Below, piece after piece: positions 55,902 through 62,866 of a stretch of DNA of 64,000 nt. Source of the DNA: Burkholderiales bacterium (lineage in GTDB: Bacteria; Pseudomonadota; Gammaproteobacteria; Burkholderiales; JAEUOS01); NCBI GenBank assembly GCA_016790635.1, contig JAEUOR010000060.1, positions 1,880-65,879 of the forward strand. The letters are read 5' to 3'. Position 1 is the stretch's first letter, and every line of letters starts with the position of its first letter. The position numbers and the translations under genes are program-made. The notes beneath the pieces were generated by a model. That model had not been told where the DNA came from and did not search any database. It saw only the letters and a program-made list of their open reading frames with translations.

Positions 55902-57914
55902 TCAAACTGGACTCTTCCTCGCCACGCCCAGATGCAATGCAAGCGACTGGGCCGCACGGAGCATGCGCTGCCGCCAATCGATGTCCAGCAGCAATTTGGA
56001 AGGATGATGTCCCGTTACCTCGCGCACCCAGTAGGCCAATGCGGCTGATCGCATCCACGTGGCCGGCATGCCGGTCCGCTCAGCCAATTTTACGACCGCC
56101 GCGTTTTCCACACGATCGGCACCGCTGCCCTGCAGCCAATCGGAGAAAACGTCGCTCCACTGGCGGCCGGTTTTGAACATACGCCTATAGCAGATATAGT
56201 GAAGCAGGTCATTGCTGGAGAAGTCCTGCTCCGCCCAACGGTCCCAATCGATCAAAGCAAGCCGCCCTTGGTCTGCGTTAAAAAGCACATTGCCCCACCA
56301 ATAGTCGCCATGGGTAAACCCGACGGAAGGCGGCTCGGTCTCTCCGCGCTCCGCGAATTCCAGCATGGGTGCGACATATTGCCGCTCGCCTGCGTCCGGC
56401 AATCGTGTCAGTAAATCGTGCAGCGGCGCCACGACCATCTCCCGCCAGACGTCCGCCGGTTCAAGCACGGCCGCGGCGGCGTCACGATAGGTCTTCAGTT
56501 CAATCAACAGGTCGAACGCTTGCTGGTCACCGCATTCGCGCTCCTGCTCCGAAATGCCGGCGTACGATGTACCGCTGACGTGGGACTCCACCGTATACGG
56601 AACACCATGAAACCGGTCGCTATATAGCGGCTGCGGACAGAGAAACGACTTGTGCTTGTGCGCAAGGCCATGCGCCCTCTCGAGGCCCGCAAAATTCTTG
56701 GCGACCCGCGATTCGCAGACAGGATCGAGCGCGACGCGAACAACCGCGCGGCTCTGCAAGGTGACAATCAAGCCCGCGGTGGAGGTCGCGCTTACCTTGA
56801 CTCTGGGAAAACTCCGGTCGCCCTGGATCGAAAGGCGACGGCGCGTATCGTCGGCAAGTTCCTGAATCCAACTTGGTTGTACCTTATCGCGTCCGGCCAC
56901 GACTCCGTACGAGGGAGTGAATGCACGGCTGCGCTCTAGCCTTTGCTTTATTCTCTTGCGCCACCCACCGGCCTCTCGGCCCGTCCTGGGCTCACTGCCG
57001 TCTAGCGCATATAGTTCGTGGAAGGTTCTGTAGTCTGGAATTGGCGCGAAAAATGAAGTACCGGGGAAGCCCGCCTCCGCCAACAAGTCACGCAGCTCGT
57101 TGCAGCCGTAAGTATAGGTTCTGTAAGGGTGCCCAGTGGTGCGACCAACCAGCATATCGGCCGCCCAGCGCGGCACAAGCGCAGCGTACTTGACACCAGT
57201 GTGATCCTCGGGCGCACCGAGAAAATAGGTATATCCGTAGCGGTTTTCAATACCAACGTAAAGATGTCCGTCCGGTTTGAGAATGCGCCGAACCTCACCG
57301 AGAAACGCGAGCTGCCCTTCGCGCACTGGTTGGCTCCCTTCCGCAGCCGACCATTCAAGTACCCCGTTCAGCACCACGCAATCGAAACTCCCCTCAGGAA
57401 AAGGCAATGGTCGGGTATCACCCGCACAAACAGCGCGAACATTGGTGAAACCCATCTCCCTCGCCCGCAGGGCAAGAAAGGTCACCCTCTCCAAGGTCAA
57501 GTCGCAGGACACCACTTCGCGCGCCCAGCGCGCCAAGCCGATCGATGTGATTCCGCTTCCACATCCGAGGTCGAGAACGCGTCGATTCTGCAGGGGCGGC
57601 AATACCGCCTTGAACGCAGCGCGGTTCTCGTCGGTAAAGACCGTGTGCAGTGCACGGCGATTGCGCTCTGGCGCTTTTGCGATCTGCTCGGCCAGCGCGC
57701 TTCGCCAATCGCCGTTGCGGCTTTGCCCAATCAGTTCACGCATCCGATCTTGCGGCAAAAGTTCATGGTAGTAAGCACTGTTTTCACGAACGATCGGGAT
57801 GCCGTCTTGGACCGGATACGAAGTAGAACAGCCTGAACAATTCAGGGTTGCCGAATCGGGCCAATTCAGGTGCGTGCGGCATTTTGGGCAGAGCAACTGC
57901 ATAGGATTTTTCAT
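55902..57914 (-). CDS. Tri-domain protein: Trm112-like zinc ribbon + class I SAM methyltransferase + aminoglycoside-phosphotransferase-type kinase
   Basis: Trimmed to the ATG at 57914. CxxC...CxxC ribbon (LLCPKCRTHL...CSGCSTSYPVQDGIPIV). Methyltransferase motif I VLDLGCGSGITS. Kinase Brenner motif HGDYWWGNVLF followed by IDWDRW. Confidence 0.8.
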   Translation of the reverse strand: MKNPMQLLCPKCRTHLNWPDSATLNCSGCSTSYPVQDGIPIVRENSAYYHELLPQDRMRELIGQSRNGDWRSALAEQIAKAPERNRRALHTVFTDENRAAFKAVLPPLQNRRVLDLGCGSGITSIGLARWAREVVSCDLTLERVTFLALRAREMGFTNVRAVCAGDTRPLPFPEGSFDCVVLNGVLEWSAAEGSQPVREGQLAFLGEVRRILKPDGHLYVGIENRYGYTYFLGAPEDHTGVKYAALVPRWAADMLVGRTTGHPYRTYTYGCNELRDLLAEAGFPGTSFFAPIPDYRTFHELYALDGSEPRTGREAGGWRKRIKQRLERSRAFTPSYGVVAGRDKVQPSWIQELADDTRRRLSIQGDRSFPRVKVSATSTAGLIVTLQSRAVVRVALDPVCESRVAKNFAGLERAHGLAHKHKSFLCPQPLYSDRFHGVPYTVESHVSGTSYAGISEQERECGDQQAFDLLIELKTYRDAAAAVLEPADVWREMVVAPLHDLLTRLPDAGERQYVAPMLEFAERGETEPPSVGFTHGDYWWGNVLFNADQGRLALIDWDRWAEQDFSSNDLLHYICYRRMFKTGRQWSDVFSDWLQGSGADRVENAAVVKLAERTGMPATWMRSAALAYWVREVTGHHPSKLLLDIDWRQRMLRAAQSLALHLGVARKSPV

Positions 57915-58105
57915 TGTGAAGTATAAGCTGGTGAATTGCCATGCTGTCTCAGAGCGAAAGCACGTGCTGAGAGCAGTTGATGGTATCGCATTTTGGGCCA
58001 ACAACGATCGCACAACACGTGCCAAGTCGATATGGCTTGACGAGATGGGTTCCAGGACTCAAACACAAATTGTGCATGCTGCGCAGCGAATCCGGTACCG
58101 GGAAC

Positions 58106-59338
58106 TCATAGGCAATCGAGCAGGGCCGCGAACTCCCTGCTGCGCGCCTCGCGCGACATCCCCGTCACGACATCCACGGCAGGAACACCTGCCCGGCCTT
58201 CGGCAAGCTGTCGAACGAAATTCATAAGCGTCGATTCGATCGCATCAGCCGATTCCAGCTTGGCGATGGCATCGATACCGGCACGGCGCACCAGGTCCGC
58301 CGTGTCACCAGCCGGATCCGTGATTGCAAGGATCGGTCTTCCCGCACGCAGGTACTCGTAGGCCTTGGCCGGGATCTGGTCGTTGCACCCTGCGTCCTGC
58401 ATGATGAGCAATGCATCGACGCTCAGCATTTCCGCCAGCGCGTCCAGATATGGCAACGATGGTGCCAATTCCACGAACTCACCGACCCCTTGCTCCGCCG
58501 CGAGTCGGCGGATGTGGTCGTCGTGCGCCGATGCGCGAAAACGCAGCCGCACCTGCGCCGGCGTCAGGCGCCCCGTCGCATGCAGTCGCCGCAGGGCGCT
58601 GAACAGATGCGTCGGATCACGCTCCTGCGGGTAGAGGATGCCGCTGTGCAGGACGATCAGTGGACCGCCTTTGCGCCCGGCCCTTTCCGCGCGCAGCGCC
58701 GCCTGCGCGAAACTGCCTTCGTCAAAGCCGTTCTCCAGCAGCAGCATGCGATCAGCCGATCGCGGATAGCGCTCGCGGTAGGTGCGGACCGCGCCGGGTG
58801 TCGTGAATGTACAGGCCCTGGCTTGCGCTGCAGCGGTTGCCTCGATCGCCAAGAATTGCCTGTGGATCACCGGGTCGGCCGGGTAGCCGGGCTGCGCCAT
58901 GGGATCGCGAAAGTCGGCGATCCAGGGTAGGCCGCTGCGGCGCGCGACCTCCGCGCCGATCAGGTGCGCGGTGGCGAACGGATAGGTGGACCAGATCATC
59001 GCAGGCGCGAATTCCCGCACCATGCGCACGCCCTGCCGGACGCCGTCGTACCTCCAGCTCACCCATCGATCCGGGCGCGCCGTGAAAGCGGCGTATCGCC
59101 CGAACAGCGCCAGGTGACGTGCCGAATCGAGCGCGAAGGCACGGCGCACCACGAGTCCGGCCGGAACTTCGGCGAGCAAGTCGTCGCTCGTTTGCACATA
59201 GGCGCGCGGGTGGGCAGTCAACACCAGTGGTTCCCAGCCGTGCGAGGGTAACTGTTGCACGAAGCGCAGCGTGCGCTGTATGCCGCTGCTGCCGGACAGG
59301 GGCGGGAAATGGTAAGCGATCATGAGGATGCGCTTCAT
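58106..59338 (-). CDS. GT4-type (GT-B fold) glycosyltransferase
   Basis: Trimmed to the ATG at 59338, which overlaps the upstream stop (ATGA). MKRILMIAYHFPPLSGSSGIQRTLRF is a typical GT4 N-terminus. The 185 upstream codons of the track ORF are Arg/Gly-rich and overlap the real upstream gene. Confidence 0.8.
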   Translation of the reverse strand: MKRILMIAYHFPPLSGSSGIQRTLRFVQQLPSHGWEPLVLTAHPRAYVQTSDDLLAEVPAGLVVRRAFALDSARHLALFGRYAAFTARPDRWVSWRYDGVRQGVRMVREFAPAMIWSTYPFATAHLIGAEVARRSGLPWIADFRDPMAQPGYPADPVIHRQFLAIEATAAAQARACTFTTPGAVRTYRERYPRSADRMLLLENGFDEGSFAQAALRAERAGRKGGPLIVLHSGILYPQERDPTHLFSALRRLHATGRLTPAQVRLRFRASAHDDHIRRLAAEQGVGEFVELAPSLPYLDALAEMLSVDALLIMQDAGCNDQIPAKAYEYLRAGRPILAITDPAGDTADLVRRAGIDAIAKLESADAIESTLMNFVRQLAEGRAGVPAVDVVTGMSREARSREFAALLDCL

Positions 59339-60189
59339 GCAGGCTCTCCCAGGCCGGCAAGCCAATCCAGCGTTATTTCCTCGACGCGCGCCCGCCAGGC
59401 CGCGCTGGAAAAGGTATGGTCCGCTCCCTCGATGGTGACGCCGAGGACCCCGCCCGTCCCGACCAGACCGTGCCACGCCGGATCGGCTTGCGCGAACTCG
59501 ACGAATTCCTTGGCCGTGTAGTCGCGTTCGCTCAGCACCAGGCGCACGCTGCCGCGAAAGCCGCGCAGTCCTGCCGCCATGCGTTCCTGGAAGCTGCCGG
59601 CCTGCAGTGCATTTGCGCCGCGCGACAGCCGCAGTTTGCCCAGCCATTCCGCAAGCGCCGTCCTGACCGCGACGCCGCCTCCGAACAGCTTGCGCCAGAA
59701 CGCCACCGTCAGCAGCCGTTGCCTGTAGTAGTGGCGAACCTCGGTGCGGGCCAGGCTTGCTGCCGAGCGTACCCACGGATTGAGCAGGCACAGGCCGCCG
59801 ATGCAGGCATCGTGGCGGGACTGCATGTACAAAAGGGCTGCTGAAGCGCCATCGCACAGGCCCCACAAGCCGATGCTCCGCACTGCGTCGCACTCGCGCT
59901 TGAGCACGGCGATTGCGGCCTCGATGTCCCCATCCACGGCTTCAAAACCGGGAAAGTCGCCATCGCTGTCGCCCATGCCGCGCAGATCGAAGCGTAACGA
60001 AGCGTAACCCGCCTCGGCCGCGTGCCGCGCCAGCAACACGAATTGCCTGTGACTACCGACACGGTACTGCGGGCCGCCCACCACCACCACCAGACCTGCC
60101 CCCTTAGGGTTTTTGGGGACGCACACGACCCCGCACAAGCGTGCCCCGCCGCTGTTGAACAGGACTGCCTTCTCGACAAAGCCGCTCAC
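59335..60189 (-). CDS. Alpha/beta-fold protein with a Cys at the nucleophile elbow (one of the exosortase-A-associated 'hydrolase 1/2' pair)
   Basis: GTG start at 60189 overlapping the upstream TGA (GTGA). Elbow IGLWGLCDGASA (G-x-C-x-G). Candidate acid LSERDY and His GADHTF. Confidence 0.8.
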   Translation of the reverse strand: MSGFVEKAVLFNSGGARLCGVVCVPKNPKGAGLVVVVGGPQYRVGSHRQFVLLARHAAEAGYASLRFDLRGMGDSDGDFPGFEAVDGDIEAAIAVLKRECDAVRSIGLWGLCDGASAALLYMQSRHDACIGGLCLLNPWVRSAASLARTEVRHYYRQRLLTVAFWRKLFGGGVAVRTALAEWLGKLRLSRGANALQAGSFQERMAAGLRGFRGSVRLVLSERDYTAKEFVEFAQADPAWHGLVGTGGVLGVTIEGADHTFSSAAWRARVEEITLDWLAGLGEPA

Positions 60190-61046
60190 GCAGATTCCGC
60201 CGCGAACGCGAGCGTGGCCGCGAGCAGGCCCGGCGCGGTCTCGATTTCCTGGGTCTGCCAGAACCCGCTGCCGGTAATCGGCCGTGCGTCCACTTGCCAC
60301 CCGGCGGCCTGCCACTCCGCAGTGGCGGTCCGGGACACCGGCGACAAGGTCGGTTCCGCTGCCCCAGAAACTTCGAACCAGCCGACCACTCCAGTGCCGG
60401 GCGGCGGCGACAGGCGCGCGGCGTCCAGACCGGCGGCGACTTGCGGCGACAGCGAATAGCCGGCCACCTCGACGGTCTCTCCGTCGAGCAGCGCCTCGCG
60501 CGGCCCGCGGCGCGCGTCGCCGCCGTTGTCCCGCCCTGTCAACCGGTCGCCGGCGAGCTTCAAGCGCAGGAACTGCTGCAGATGCTGCCGCCCCGAGACG
60601 ACCGGTTGCCAGAAGATCATGCCGGGGCAGTCGGCCATGGACGGCGCCGCGGCGCTTGCCAAAAGGCAGCCCGCGCGCAGGCCCCACAACCATACCGGCA
60701 GACCGGCATGATCGGCCAACCACTCAGCCCCCGAGACGCCGTCGGCAACCCAGAGGTCCCACGCCGCTGCGCTGAAATCCGCCTCGCTGTCGCCGCAGCC
60801 GAAGTGGTCCTGCTGCAGCACCAGCCATCCGGCCGCTGCCAGCGCGCGCGCCTGCAAAGCCGCCATCCGGCGCGCCTTGTTCATCTCTTCGGCAAACGGA
60901 TGCAGATAGAGGCAGGCGGCCAGCGGCGGCCGATTGACCGGCGCGTGCAATGCGCAGAACAAGCGGCCCTTTTGTCCGTCGCGGTAGAAGACTTCAAGCG
61001 ACGGCGGCGCGAAGGCGATGTCAGGCACCGAGCTTTTGACGCGCAA
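60186..61046 (-). CDS. Alpha/beta-fold protein lacking an obvious Ser/Cys nucleophile (second member of the exosortase-A-associated 'hydrolase 1/2' pair)
   Basis: Alpha/beta-fold layout (LYLHPFAEEMN...QQDHFGCGDSEADF). The elbow position reads WLWGLRAGCLLA (G-x-R-x-G). No C-terminal His motif seen by eye. Start is either TTG 61046 (overlaps the ACP gene) or GTG 61028. Confidence 0.72.
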   Translation of the reverse strand: MRVKSSVPDIAFAPPSLEVFYRDGQKGRLFCALHAPVNRPPLAACLYLHPFAEEMNKARRMAALQARALAAAGWLVLQQDHFGCGDSEADFSAAAWDLWVADGVSGAEWLADHAGLPVWLWGLRAGCLLASAAAPSMADCPGMIFWQPVVSGRQHLQQFLRLKLAGDRLTGRDNGGDARRGPREALLDGETVEVAGYSLSPQVAAGLDAARLSPPPGTGVVGWFEVSGAAEPTLSPVSRTATAEWQAAGWQVDARPITGSGFWQTQEIETAPGLLAATLAFAAESA

Positions 61047-61272
61047 ATCCGACCAGCGAACCCAGGGTTACGAAGACCGCGCCGTCGACCTCGTCATCTT
61101 CGACCGCGAAACCGCAACGTTCCTCGAGAAGCGTCAGGATCGAGACGACGGCCATCGAATCGAGTTCTGGAATCGCGCCCAGCAGAGGCGAATCCTCCGA
61201 CAACATGGCAGCCCGCTCACCCAGGCCCAGTACCTCACCCAAAATCGCTACTACTTCACGCCTGATGTCCAA
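61021..61272 (-). CDS. Acyl carrier protein (exosortase-A-locus type)
   Basis: I place the start at TTG 61272 (GGAG 6 nt upstream), giving 83 aa. Phosphopantetheine-attachment context PELDSMAVVSIL. The longer track ORF (to 61491) adds an Arg/Cys-rich, non-ACP-like N-terminus. Confidence 0.75.
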   Translation of the reverse strand: MDIRREVVAILGEVLGLGERAAMLSEDSPLLGAIPELDSMAVVSILTLLEERCGFAVEDDEVDGAVFVTLGSLVGFARQKLGA

Positions 61273-61397
61273 AGCATTCTCCAACCACGCGCAGGCATTG
61301 GTCGTCGCGCACGCCCTCCGCGCCCGCCCGCAATAGTGCGAATCATACCCGGGCGGCCGCGCCGCACGCGAAACCGGTAACATGCCCGCTGCCCGAA

Positions 61398-62657
61398 ATG
61401 GCAGATCAAAAAGCAATGGCTCGATCGCCGCAGCGTGACATCCCTCCGCACCGTTCGGTGCCCTGCTATCCCGTTTTCGGCCAAGCGACATTCGACGGCC
61501 CGCGCGAGTCTCCGCTACCCTGCCTGCTCGACCGACCCGGCGTCATACTCACTGCCAGCGGTCGCGTCGCGACTGCCCTGGCACTAGCCGGGTTCGGCAT
61601 CGGACCGGGTGACCGGGTGCTGTTGCCCTCCTACCATTGCCCGACCATGGTCACTCCGGTATTGCACGTCGGAGCGACCCCGATTTTCTACGCGCTGGAC
61701 GACAACGGAGCCCCGTGCCAGGCGAGCATCGAGGCGCAAGCGGCTGACAACAGGCCGCGGGCAATTGTCGTGGCCCACCTGTTCGGCATCGGTCTCGATC
61801 TGCGCGAGCTGCGTACCTGGTGCACCAAGCATGCCGTCGTGCTCATCGAGGATTGCGCGCACGCGCTGTTCGGCAGTGTCGGCGGTCAGCCACTAGGCGA
61901 CAGCGGCGACGCGGCGATCGGTAGCCTGCCCAAGTTCCTGCCCCTGCACGAAGGCGGCTGCCTGGTGTTCAAGCGCCCCCCCGAACGTCGCCCCGCCCTG
62001 ACCCGGAGCGGCATGCTGCGTCAAATCAAGGCCGCCGCGAATCTCCTGGAAGCAGGGTCGCGCGATAGCCGGCTCGGCGTCTGGTCGAGGCCATTGCAAG
62101 CATTGTTTGATCTCAAGCAGCGTCTGCGCCGCACCGCGCAGTATGAAGACGGGGGCGCAACGCCGCGCGACGGTTCGAGCCACGCACTCGCCGCGCCAGT
62201 TACGGTCGCCCCGCCTCCGCCCGCCAATGCCTGGATGGACGAAGCACGACTTCGAACCGCGGACATGGCGCGGCTGCCGACACGAGTCACGCGCTGGCTG
62301 GCCGCGCGGGCGCATCGCGAACGCATCGTTGCGTTGCGCCGCGCCCGCTTCGCTGAGTATCTCGCCCATGTCCGGAACCTCGAAGGGGTGCGTGCGGCAG
62401 TTCCAATACTGCCGGCGGGCAGCGTGCCATATGTGTTTCCTATCGTCGTCGAAAAGCCTGACCAGGTATTCGCCGCCTTGCGAACAGCCGGTGTCCCTGC
62501 CCTGCGCTGGGATCGCAGGTGGCCCGGAACACCCGCCCGTCCCGAGGACGTCGCGACGCGCTGGTCGCACGCCCTCCTGCAGCTTCCGTGTCACCAAGAT
62601 CTGGATTGCTGTGACATGGGTCACATACTTGCGATCTGCCGTGCCGCCGCGGCCTGA
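61398..62657 (+). CDS. DegT/DnrJ/EryC1-like aminotransferase-fold protein
   Basis: Divergent from the ACP operon. LLPSYHCPTMVTPVLHVGATPIFY, VVAHLFGIGLDL, LIEDCAHALFG and a candidate PLP Lys in GSLPKFLPL. Alternative Met at 61416. Confidence 0.72.
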   Translation: MADQKAMARSPQRDIPPHRSVPCYPVFGQATFDGPRESPLPCLLDRPGVILTASGRVATALALAGFGIGPGDRVLLPSYHCPTMVTPVLHVGATPIFYALDDNGAPCQASIEAQAADNRPRAIVVAHLFGIGLDLRELRTWCTKHAVVLIEDCAHALFGSVGGQPLGDSGDAAIGSLPKFLPLHEGGCLVFKRPPERRPALTRSGMLRQIKAAANLLEAGSRDSRLGVWSRPLQALFDLKQRLRRTAQYEDGGATPRDGSSHALAAPVTVAPPPPANAWMDEARLRTADMARLPTRVTRWLAARAHRERIVALRRARFAEYLAHVRNLEGVRAAVPILPAGSVPYVFPIVVEKPDQVFAALRTAGVPALRWDRRWPGTPARPEDVATRWSHALLQLPCHQDLDCCDMGHILAICRAAAA

Positions 62658-62866
62658 ATGCACCGGGCCATTCAAGCTGCAGGCGCCGCGGTGCCGGGGG
62701 TCCGCCGGGCTGCCTGCGGCGTGGAAATGCGGCACCAAAAGTAACCTTCTCCCGGCTTCTGGCCGTCCGCGCGTTCCGGTATGATCCGAAGACCAAAGAC
62801 ATTCCTGTCTCCTGTCTGCCTGCGCCGCCGCCAATCGCGCATTGCGCGTGTGAGCGCTGCGACCCG

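Noticed and set aside
58106-61491. Long N-terminal extensions given by the ORF track: 58106-59893, 59335-60723 and 61021-61491. Also 11889-13364, 46043-48979, 5547-6779 and 7241-9001.
   Set aside because: The extensions are Arg/Gly/Pro-rich and overlap the real upstream gene. They are replaced by internal starts that create ATGA/GTGA start-stop overlaps or sit behind a GGAG, yielding family-typical N-termini.
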